The translations under genes were made by a program, and so were the position numbers. From Setoptus koraiensis (lineage: Eukaryota; Animalia; Arthropoda), in NCBI GenBank assembly GCA_048013815.1, contig CM106586.1, positions 23,126,001 to 23,190,000 on the forward strand: 64,000 nt of DNA, in the 5' to 3' direction. Positions within the stretch are counted from its first letter, which is position 1, and each line of letters opens with the position of its first letter. Below are positions 11,753 to 23,300 of this stretch, piece after piece. The notes below the pieces were generated by a model. The model was not told the DNA's origin, did not search any database, and saw only the letters and a program-made list of their open reading frames with translations.

Positions 11753-13915
11753 ATGAAACGACAACAACAACAGCAACTACAACCGACTAATGGTAGTCAA
11801 AGTTGCGCAAGTGTCTCATTGAGTTCATCTAGTGTGTCTCTAGCTGCAAATCAGTCAAACGATGTTGTTGCTGCTGATGAAATAACAACAAAGCAAACTA
11901 GCGATTCTCAACTGGATGATAACACAATTCGATTGCATAATGAAAATCATTGTTTCGGTTTGGTTTATCATGAAAGCGAACGTCATCATCAGCTGAATAG
12001 AAGCCCGTGTTCGTCTACTTCGTGGCGAGCCGATTCTATGTGCTCAGGCAATTCTTCGTCCTCCACTGTGCAGCAACAAAGCAGCCCGGAAGAAGAATAC
12101 AACAACGACGACGAGGAGGCTTCATCGTCCAGTGATTATGGCCGAACTATTAGCAACAACATTAATAGCGACACTAGTCAATTAGAAACAAATAATAACA
12201 ATGGCATAGCAGTGAGACTCAAGAGATACATGTCAATCAGCAACAGAAAGAATCGCCACATCAACAAAAACAGTATGAGTGTTAAAAACAACATGACTAA
12301 TAAACGAACAGGAAGCAAAAAGTTACCCATTGACGACTCAATAGAGCAACTACTCAACGCGAATAGACGCCAGATCCAAATAACAACCTGTGCTCAGATA
12401 TATAATAGATGGCGCCTAACTAAACGAATCTACCACAAGGCACCCAAGAACGGCATTCAATTGGAAGTGGATTACATAGACACTGGTATCACCATGGCGA
12501 GTCACCTGAGAGACAGGGCACCTATCGTGCTCGCCCTGCACGGAGCCCCAGGCTCCTATACAGACTACGGCCTACTAATACAACATTTAACGGGTCAGAC
12601 CATCAGAGTGATAGCGCCAAATTTCCCGGGTAAGTGTCGAAACGTTTTATCGGTTATAATTTAAACATGCTTCATAACTGTTTGTCATTATAATCCAAAC
12701 TTTTTTTAATCGTTCAACCATTGTATTATATCACTAATGGGGCGAAACAGAATATACTGCCACGGTGGAAACAAAGACCATGTTTAGGCATTCGGCAGAT
12801 GAAAAGGCCTCCTATTTGAGGGACTTTTTGCGAGCTATCAATGTGAACAGAATTGATCTGTTGGTGTCGCATAGTAGCGCCGTTTTCCCCTCTCTACTCA
12901 TACTGTTAAACGACAATCCTCATTACGAATACAAACAAATGAACAACATAGATGACAACAACGACAATGGCAAAGAGCAAACAAATTACGGCGACAATAA
13001 AGGACCCGAACCAACCTCCGATTATCACATTCAAATAAGAGCACTAGCATTATTTAATCCGGCCGGACATCGGCTGCCACAATCAATGAAACCAACTTGG
13101 TTCAAGTGTGGCTCGGTGCGTATTTATCAGAACAAAATTGGAAGGATATTCTTCCAAAAATTTGGCTCGGAATTTCTCACAATTGTTGGTGTACCTGTGC
13201 GTGTGAACAATATGGATCATGTAATGCTGTCCGCAACTGTGATGCGCAATAGTGAATGCCAACGTGTAGTACACCAATTAAACTATTTGAGTCAATTAAA
13301 ATTGCCCACACTTCTAGTATTTAGCGAAAATGACAAACTCATCGAGAAGGACATTTTCTATGAGATGACCCAATTTATGGGGTTGAATAGAAATCACTTT
13401 GATATATTTAATCATCAGGGTCAGGTCGAACAAGCACGTAAGTATTCGTTTGAAGAAGAGGAAAGAGAGAAAGGAAAAATAAATTGAGAAACCTGTTGAT
13501 TCTCGAAGGTGAAATATATAGAGATGATAAACATCAAAAGTCTGATAAGACTAACCTGACTTATTCTCGTATAATCGTCTCAAACGCCATGTATCTATAT
13601 TTAAATATAGATTCTCAAAGAGACAACTGGATTCGCGTCATGGTTTTCAAGGCGGGCGGCCATTATGCCTATTCAAATTATGCCAACACTGTCAACAAGG
13701 CCGTCACTGAGCTATTATGCAAAGTGTGTTCTTGCTCTGATTCAAAAGCAGCAAACGAACAACAAAAGGACATGACAGGTGCCAATGATGGAGACGAAAA
13801 ACGGAGTCTCAAACTACTGTTGGACGAATCACAACACAGCGAAAGGCAGAAAGTGACGATAATAACCGACAGATTCATGCCAAATGTACAAGTCAAGCGA
13901 CATTTCAAATGGTAG
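11753..13915 (+). CDS. Alpha/beta-hydrolase fold protein, DUF1057-like; predicted exons 11753-12629, 12751-13437, 13611-13915
   Basis: VLALHGAPGSYTDY...RVIAPNFP motif; nucleophile elbow LVSHSSAV; C-terminal GGHY His motif. Phase-compatible GT-AG introns 12630-12750 (G|GTAAGT..ACAG) and 13438-13610 (C|GTAAGT..ATAG). Long Ser/Asn/Gln-rich N-terminus. Confidence 0.78.
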
Positions 13916-14466
13916 TCGATCTGTATCTCCATGGTCATTTAAATTGCCATGGATGGATAGACGCTCATTCATATCAATTGCACGCTTATTACTCACCAAA
14001 TCAAATCATTAGTATAGTGTCTCGAGTAAGCAATGAGCTCAAAAGTTTGCTATTCATTGAGATTCAGTTTGCACAAATTGGATTAATTGATTAATTTATA
14101 GAGATTTTAGATGTTGATCAACTCTTCTGTGGTGGTTACCAATTAAAATAAGAATGTAATCGGTGTTTCACACATGTATTAAATGATCTCAACAAAGTGT
14201 CAGACGATGTTCGACAATTTACTCATGTTTCCTCTAGTCCTGCGGCTAGATACCACAGAAGATAGACTGATTGCTTGTCACCTCTTGATTATATTCCCAA
14301 GGTGTGTATATGTATACCAGTAGAGAAATGAAGAGAAAGAGGCTAGCTTGAAGTGAGTTGAGGAGAAGTTTGACACGGCTGTATCGAATTGCTTACTTCA
14401 AATCTATCAAAGTCAGCCAAAATTCTTTCTAAGTCATTGACGCGTAATAAAATTTTCGTTGATGAG

Positions 14467-15114
14467 TCAACCCTTTGTGACCAATATTAGATCAGTGTCT
14501 AATCCGTATAAACAATGTCTGGTGTTAGGATTGTAACCTGGTTGAGAGCGTTCAAATCTGATAAAGTCCATTATTTTATGTTCACCTTCGCCAGGTGTCT
14601 CATGTCCAGATAGTATAACTTTAACATGCTGCCAGCTAGGGTCAGTAGTCAATTTTGTTTCAATGAATTTTTTCAATGCCTCATTCAATTTAATCATGAA
14701 TGTCGTTCCTGGAGTGATACAATTTGAGTCAAAACGTTGCTCGGTGGGTAATATGTCTCCTTTTCGAACCGCGGCAGTTTCTCGCTCAGCAGCCTCCTTA
14801 GCTGACCTGAATCTTCTTCCACGTTGTTGATTCATTTTTGCTCTAGGTGCCACACCATCAACGGCCAGAAAGAAATACTTATTTGGCTTAATAATCTTAA
14901 AGAGAGTTTCAACATAGTTAAATATATCTTCAAACATTTCTTCTTCACTTATTCTAAAGTGTACATCGCCATCGCAAGGATGTGAGCAATTATGTATAAT
15001 GCCATTCATATCTAAGTAGAAGTTGTCAATCTCAGGTAATTGATATTCTTTTGCGGTCATGCAAAGACCCGGGTACCGTTCGCTCATCCATCTGAAAAAT
15101 TTTGGTATTCCCAT
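14467..15114 (-). pseudogene. XRN1: Truncated inverted duplicate of XRN1 5' region (215 aa; first 210 aa identical, then LVTKG-stop)
   Basis: No mismatch found by eye against 7219-7848. Identity ends at 14485. It lacks the VGNDF catalytic Asp and the whole CR2 region. Confidence 0.9.
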
Positions 15115-15284
15115 TTTTGTAATGGTTTGTCGTCATCGTCGTCGTCTGCGTGGTCTGCGTCGTCTTAATCTTAATATAAATCGAAATCGTGGTGATCGTC
15201 CTGACGATTTAATAAGAGTCTAAACAATGATCACCAATAGCTATGATCCTGGTGCCATGGCTCGACTCTTTTCCTTATTGTGTA
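14485..15284 (-). repeat. Right arm of XRN1 inverted repeat
   Basis: Reverse complement of 7068-7848. The 5' non-coding ~150 bp carries about 6 substitutions, a 1-nt indel and 18 nt of insertion relative to the left arm. Confidence 0.95.
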
Positions 15285-15500
15285 TTTTTTTTTTACAACG
15301 ATATCTTATTTATTTAGTTAACGTATTTTCTAAAGGTGATGATGCCTAAAATTAGATGTTTGTCGAATCTTACTAGCGCTCATTGTTGTTGTTTTAGTAA
15401 AATGAACAAAGAGGGAAAGACGGTACAACTTCATGCGACACTAGTGGATTGATTCTATTTACATTAATAGCCTAAAACATTTTCCTCAGTCGGGTTTTCT

Positions 15501-17409
15501 TCATCTTGGTATAAGTTCTAGTTCAAAACATTTCTCATGAGGATCTATGGCAATCGAACCCTTAGGGCATATTAATTTACGTGTAAGCTCCTTGTCGACT
15601 GGTTTTATAATAAAATTCATACAAAGATTCGCAACTAATACTATTGTAGTTGTTTCCACCATCTTGAAACCAAGACACATCCGTTGGCCTTGGGAAAATG
15701 GTTTGAAATGCGCCGGCAATTTAACCTTTTGTCCACCGTCGTTAGTTTTACGCAAAAATCTTTGTGGCTTAAATTGTTCTGGGCAATCCCACATGTCCTC
15801 GCACAAATTAAGATAATAATTATTGAATAGGATAATAGTTCCCTTCGGTACATGATAATTATCAACTGTCGTATCCTTATTCGCCACATGGGGCACTATC
15901 GGAGATGATGCAAGCCGAAGGGCCTCATTCAAAGATGCCTCCGCCATTGGGAGATAAGGCTTGTGCGATAATGTGATATATTTCGCTTCACTATTGCAGG
16001 AAGTATCGTTGCTTTCTTGTGCCATCTTGTTACTTTCTGAAACACATGATGAATTGAGAGCATTTCTAGCTTCTTCTGCTATAAGATCTTGAACGTCTCT
16101 ATCAAGCGCCAAGTGTCCTAGAAGTCTCATCAGTATGTTAGCAACAGCGGCATGTCCAGCTACTAGATCGGCGAAACCAACCTGATAATCGGCCAAAGAC
16201 ATGCTGCTCTTTTTTTCTAAATGATCCTTGATTATGTTATCTAAATAGTCAGTTTGCGAACCTAACGATGATTGGTGTTCCAGAAGGCGAGGCTGGAATA
16301 TCTTATTGTCAATAAAGTCTCTGGTTTTCACAATATAAATTAAAAGAACCGAGGTGAGGATTGTTAGCTCTGAGATTGACTTCAAGCGTTCGCAATTTAT
16401 CACAAATCGCATTCACAATACAAACAAAATGTTAAATGAGACAAGAGAAATTTGTTCGCGCCACTTTAGAGAGTACCAACCTTAGATAATCTGTAACCTT
16501 TTTGAGATGTTTCAAATAGAAGAAACTGATGCCAAATGATGTCAAGAATGGTAGAAAATCAATGAGATAACAATGATTTATGTCCCAGAATACATAATCG
16601 CAACCATCGACAAATTGTTCATATTCAATATCGTCATGTCTGTAACTTTTTTTGCAAAGGAAGTCCATAAAGATGTCTGACGTTAAATAAAGTATATCCT
16701 TTTTCCGGACAACTTGATTACTTGTTTGAACATATTGAATATATTTTTGAACAAATGTGTTGATGCTGTCCTCTAGTTGCTGATGCCTAGCTGTTCCAGA
16801 GCCAGGTATCACGCCCCTTTTGCAAAACTTTCTTCTATCTTCGTGCACACTTGACCAACTGCACAAGGCCAACGAGTTTTCACGATCACCCCCAAATATA
16901 ATATCGTATCTAGGAAAATTAGGCCTGTTGGCAAAAATTTCGCCTTGGTAAAGTAGAATTTGGTTCATGGCGCTTTTACTGGACACGAGTGCCATCTCAT
17001 GAATGCCCATCTTGAGGCTAACAATGTCACCATACTCTTGACGAATTTTATTGAAGCCCTCCCAAGGATTATTGGGGTACTCTCTGAGTAAGTGTAAATT
17101 ACCAAATAAAGGAATAGTTGGTGGTCTTGGCATAAACATGAATTGTTGCTGCGTTTGGGTGGTTTGTTGTTGCTGCTGATGATTGTGATGATGTAGGTGT
17201 TGTTGTTTTGGTGGTTCATGTTGTTGATTCATTTGTTGGTGGTATTGTTGTTGTTGATATGGGCACTTGTTGCTAAATTGTTGCTGCTGCTGTTGTTGTT
17301 GTTGGTTTGGATGCTCTCGATGCTGATGTAAGAGTATCAGGGCTTTGCGTCTCTTGCACATGGCAGCAAAGGCCAACAAGATTGTGACTAAAAGTAAGTA
17401 GATGAACAT
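15501..17409 (-). CDS. CYP307: Cytochrome P450 CYP307 (spook/spookier, ecdysteroid biosynthesis); predicted exons 17409-16481 and 16320-15501
   Basis: Heme motif FSQGQRMCLG, ExxR (EALR), PEQFKPQRF. CYP307-type RPNFPRYDIIFGGDRENSLALCSWS and I-helix DLVAGHAAVAN. N-terminal TM anchor from ATG at 17409. Phase-2 intron 16480-16321 (AG|GTTGGT..CCAG) gives YLR-DFID. Confidence 0.88.
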
Positions 17410-17917
17410 TTGTGATAGCTGACACAGAAAGTAATGAAACAAATTTAAAATGAATGATTGAACGATTTACGCGATCTTACACAAATTGTTGTTGATGAAA
17501 ACTACTACTTATACTTATACTTGTACTACTACAGCTACTCTTACTGCCACTGCTGCTACACACTATCGCGAATTAATTGATTCATGTGGTGATAAAAACT
17601 GTTGTGAAAGGCTAGCATTTATTTATATATATATACTTTCTTGAATGCTCCGTCGTCGTCGTCTTGTTGTTAGTTCGCTCTCGTCACATTCAACACCACT
17701 AATGATTTGTTTGTGTACCTTGTAGCGAGTGGCGTTGGTGTGCATCATCATTGCCACCATCTTTTTGTTCCATTGAACATACTCCAAGTAGGGATAGCAC
17801 GTTGCCTTTCCCTATGTGCGCAGAACAAACAAAAAATTCGCAGGTGATTTAAAATTGGCGCTCACCTTGCGCGTGGCGAACGACGACAGTCCAGCGAGCA
17901 GCACCAAGTGATTTAGA

Positions 17918-18294
17918 TCACCACCATCACCATCACCATCACCATCACCATCACCATCACCATCACCATCACCATCACCATCACCATCACCATCACCATC
18001 ACCATCACCATCACCATCACCATCACCATCACCATCACCATCACCATCACCATCACCATCACAATCACCATCACCATCACCATCACCATCACCATCACCA
18101 TCACCATCACCATCACCATCACCATCACCATCACCATCACCATCACCATCACCATCACCATCACCATCACCATCACCATCACCATCACCATCACCATCAC
18201 CATCACCATCACCATCACCATCACCATCACCATCACCATCACCATCACCATCACCATCACCATCACCATCACCATCACCATCACCATCACCATC
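17918..18294. repeat. (CACCAT)n hexanucleotide array, about 63 units, one internal variant (CACAAT near 18060)
   Basis: Read directly from the sequence. Confidence 0.98.
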
Positions 18295-20268
18295 ATTATC
18301 AACGCTGAGCAAATCGAACTTGTCGCATCGAACCAATCGCGTCGCGCATATCGCATTGAGCCTGTCGGATCGCATCGTAACCCATCATCAAATCCCGTCG
18401 CATCGCACTGGGCGAGACACGAGATTGGCTACAATTCACCGCGAGCTCACTGTAACAATCCACATGCAGCGATAATCTTGCGCGTGCGAGCGTGTAAATG
18501 TTTTTAGCGAGCCACACTTGACATGGGGCCTTTTTCCCCTTGTTCCCCTTGTGCGCGTGTGTTCGATACAATGATGCGCGTACGCCATTTTCCTGACATG
18601 CGTCCTACATTGAATGAAGTTGAATCAGCCAATTATGTAATTCATCTCGAGTTTGTGCAGGCTACGAACCACAAGTCTCCTTATGTTTTTGTTGTTGTTG
18701 CAAAATTATCATTCTACTTCACATTGTCAGCCAGAACTTTTATTTGTGATTAATCTATGAGAGTCGCAAGTCCGGAGAAAGCGCGCACGCACATTACAAA
18801 TCTAACAGTTGCGCACGAGGGAAAAAAAGCGGGGCACGCAGTTGGATCTGTAGCCCAGACACTCACTCAAAGATGCAGACAGAGAGCGCAAGTAACGACA
18901 CGTCGCAACCAGCATAATGTTAGACTCACAAGTTGTCAGATCGAGTTGAATCGATTGATCGAGTTGTTTCTCAACCGCATCAGCAGTACGCGGGACGTTT
19001 CGTTTTGTCTCGTGGCTGTGTTTGGTTTGGCCACAAACGTTTCACTGGCTCACTTTATTTTGTATACAGTCTATCAAAGGCTCTATCACTTCTATTCCCT
19101 AACCAGCTGCCTCTAGTCACTAGAGTCTAGTGGCGCCATTAGACAGCCATCAATCTAGATCTCAAATTGATTTGCGTGTGCATCGTCTGCGTGTCTTCTT
19201 CAGTAACAGCAGCTACGCGCGCACACTGAAGGAAGGCTCATTAGACTGGCTGACAAACTGAGACACCGCGTTAGACAAAATCGAATTAATCGGGTGTATA
19301 TAGTGAGAGAGCAAAATCTATTAAAATGCAGATGGGGGCGGCACGGGGGACGCAGGAACGAATTGATGGAAGCGAACAGAAGTGTAAGACGCTTGTTGCC
19401 TGTAGCCTGTTGCAGGAGCACACACACGCAGCACACTTTTATTCTATATGTGCATCAGAATAGCATTGCACAGACTGAAATCCGAAAGTGGGTGAATGAG
19501 GTTTCAGTGTGGCGAAACAACACTTTTATGTGTGTGTGTGTGTGTGTGTGTGCGCTGACAATCTACTGTTGTTCAACGATATAGATAGATTGCTACATGT
19601 AGATTTTGCTGCTACAAACAAGAGTTGTCCATCGCCGCCTACGCAGCTGTTCAGCGATCACTAAGGCGACACGGAGCGAGTGAGTGTGTGTGTGTGTGTG
19701 TGTGTGACCATCAAAGTATCATCTTGATCACTGTTGCATCCACGACTATTTGCGTCTATTCCATCGCTAGAACTTGTAGCCTAGAAGGGAAGGAAATAAA
19801 CTTTCTCACGTTTTTTCCCTCCATTATGAGCTACTGGCTGGAAGAGCTATGCGACTGTGATCATAAGCGTGAGCGAACTATCAGACGAGCTATTATATGT
19901 GGACTTGTTGTGGCATTCTCATTTCGGCACCACCGTCACTACTCTTTTGTAGTGCGCTGACGAGCATGTGTAGCACAAGGGCTGCAAAAAACAGGGCAAG
20001 CAAGGCTGCATTGGTGCCGGCGTAGCTGGCTGCATTGTTTCATAATGTGCCTCAAACTTTGAGGCTCAAAGCGATTCTGAAATAGTTCGATTTGATCGAA
20101 CTATTTTGCACATGGCACGCACACACGCGAAGCGGAGCGCGTACACAATCGAACTAAACAGCGATGACTAGCGTTGCCGAATAGCGGCTATTCAAACGCT
20201 GTTCTATTGAATCTCGCTCACTTGTCGGGGACGCTCGCGTTCAATCGACGCTGTCTGTGCTCGCTATT

Positions 20269-20351
20269 CCAATCGAACATTTTTCGCTAGGCCAAATCGA
20301 ACGTTTTTCACTAGGCCAAATCGAACATTTTTGTCACTAGACCGAATCGAA
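20269..20351. repeat. About 24-bp tandem repeat x3 (AATCGAACATTTTTCRCTAGGCCA)
   Basis: caatcgaacatttttcgctaggcc / aaatcgaacgtttttcactaggcc / aaatcgaacatttttgtcactagacc. Confidence 0.8.
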
Positions 20352-23300
20352 TTGGCACCATCGAATCATTCAGTAATTGTCCCGTGCTGTTACTATGACG
20401 CCGCTCGAGCCTAACAATGTGCCCCTCCATCAATGGCCACTATGAAGTTCGCTTTGAACAGTCAATCTAGACGAGGCTGTTATCGCAACAATAGATTCGA
20501 GCATGGAGCGAGGGAGCGAGAGAGAGAGAGAGAGCCGAGGATCGGAGGAAATAGGAAAGCGTTGATTTTATTAAATGGCACCCGGACACTAAATAAATTG
20601 CAATTGATTGTGGTCAGATTATCGCGTGGATGGCTCATTGGTTTGAAAAGTGCAAAACGCGCTCGAGGACGTCCAACGAGGACCAACAAGAGGACATTCA
20701 TTCAATTGAGAGCCGAACATTTGGAATCATCAAATTTGGAACCAGTAAACAAACTTAATCTCTTTTGGACTGACTTGTGATATTGTTGTGCTTGGTATGG
20801 TTATTCGGAGAAACGAAATCCTCTCATTTCATTATTTTCTACGAACACACAAAACAACATTGCAAACTCATTAATCCTCAGCCAACAGCGGCACAGCAAA
20901 TTTAGTGCTTCTCAACCAGCAACCCTCATCACTAAATACCCTCGATTGTTCCATCTAATTTCTTTTGCTAAACCACCACAACAACAGCAACAACAACAAC
21001 AACAACAACGGCCAGTGTAAAGATGCGCCTGGCTAATGTAGATGGACAACACAATAATATTGACATGCCATCCAGTACAAACATCTCATTTAACAAATGA
21101 CTTTATATATTACCAAGAAATAATGGGAGTCACATTCCTAATTATCACTGTATGATATCAGAAGTACATCAGCAGCGATCATTTGCTATCAACCATAACG
21201 CAGCTCAAATGTGTCGGCCTTCTGTGAATTCTCACACATTTAAGCCGATTAGAGCCAGAATCAAACAGCGTTTGCCAACAAATCAAATTACCAGTGAAAT
21301 GAAGTAAAAACAAACTCTGCTAAAACTTTCTTTGCCCATCTACCTTGATATTGACAAAACTGACACATGACCACTTGCCCAAACAGGTGAGAGGCATAGC
21401 TGTCAGTGGGAATCAACACGCAGTCATTTGTTCAAACGAGAGGTGTATGTTGAATAAGACGAAGCTGATTAGGCTTCCAGGAATTCTTTACATATTGGCC
21501 ATCTTAGCCATAGAAACTTTACTATGTTAATAGCAAATGACCAACGGTTTCCAATTATATTGTTTCGAGCTCAAGAGTAACCGGAAACCCAAATCTAAAT
21601 TTATCTATTCTACGAATCGATCTCAGGAAGAGGAATTTCACTGCACTAATGAGATATCAACAGATAAGCATAAAAACCTCTTGTGATTGAGAGTGAATGA
21701 TTCGATCTGTAGAGTATTTAGGATGACGCTGAATGAATAGTAAAATGTTTCAGAATCGCAAATCCGTTCTTCCATCCCGTACTCATCTCGCGAGCATTTC
21801 GAACCTTATCAATTATCTCAATATCAGCCGTGCCAAAGATGTGACTATAAACGACTATCACTTCAGGCAACTGGGACAATTACTGGAAAAAGCAAGCATC
21901 GCACCAGAATTTACTCATGATGATGATTAATTTCAACTTAAAAAGTCGTCAGATATTGGAGAAATGATATTCATCTATCGACAACAACGCTTATGAACAG
22001 TAACACAATAGAAAACTCTAATTGTTTGTAACTTATGCATGGCCCAATGACTCTTAGATCGTGCAGATACTCAAGTATCGATGCGAAACTTTCAGGCAAA
22101 TCTAGCGTGGATCATCAAAAAAGTTAGTCATTAAGATAATTGTCGCTAGTTATTTAGATGTAAACAAGGCGCAATGCTTGTTTTTTTTATTACTAAACAC
22201 CATGGTACCGTGGAATAAATGTTGTGATGGATAACTAGTTCATTGCCTCAAATGAGGTAATTGAGAACTCTTTTTACGTCATTCTCTACTTTAATGCATA
22301 TTATTCGCCGACTCTCTTTTTGAAAGTCACCTTGAATACTGAATCAACAATTCTGGAAATATCTATAATCATTAATGTAAAAATACTTGAGGAATTAATG
22401 AGATCATTAAAATCCTGCAGATTTTGACAAGTAGAAAGCTATCTCACTGAAATGTTTGTATCAGACGCAGTTCAGCATGACGAGTAGTAGTACCTTTTAA
22501 ATTCACGTGACAAATGCAATAGATAGAGATGAGAAAACTTTGATACATTCACTCAATTCCCAGATATACCAGTATGTCAGCAACATGAATGAATGCTCCA
22601 CACTAATAACTTGCTGAGAGGAAAGGTTAGACACTTTTTCAGGAAGTTCACCACTGTGTTCTAAGAGATCAGGGTCCCTAGTTTCGTTGGAGGCTATAGA
22701 GTTCAAGCACCTCATTCAGTGAATCCTGTATTGAATTCATGAAAATTGACAGTAATAAACCGAGAGATAAGACCAAGGTCACTGCGAAACGGTCGCTAGC
22801 CAACGAACTCTAACATATATTGGAACAAAAACAAATAGTATATAATATTATGCGATTCTTGGTGCGAGGTTTAAGGCACTATTTTCTAGACAAGCAGCAT
22901 CAGAAGACCAAACGATCATGTCTGGAATCAGTTCAAAGTTGTAACATAGCGCCGCCCAGAAAACTACTATTTCAATAACACATTCACTCCACATAAGAAT
23001 AGTTTCTCCCCATTTGGCTCTCTCTCTCTCTCTGTCTCTCCCTCCCTCCCTTCTGAGTTAACCGAATTCGAACCTGCATAGGAAGATGAATGAAATAACA
23101 AATTTTTGGGGAGTAGCTTGAGGGATACCTTTGAAATTGAAAGATGTTCACTCTTGACATACGAGTGCAACCACTCTCATAACTATCTTTTAAAGGAATT
23201 ACATTTTAAAAGATTATTTTCAAAAATATCTTAGCACAGTTATGAGTGGCCGAAGTAAAGATTCTTGATTACTAAAAGTGGTCGCATCTCCAATGATGAA

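Noticed and set aside
7068-15284. XRN1 inverted arms as transposon terminal inverted repeats
   Set aside because: The arms are host coding sequence, there is no transposase inside and no target-site duplication was seen.
17812-18375. Poly-His, (DG)n and (MV)n ORFs from the hexamer array as real proteins
   Set aside because: The array has no stops in any frame, so ORFs are automatic. The poly-His frame lacks a start codon and the flanks show no recognisable domain.
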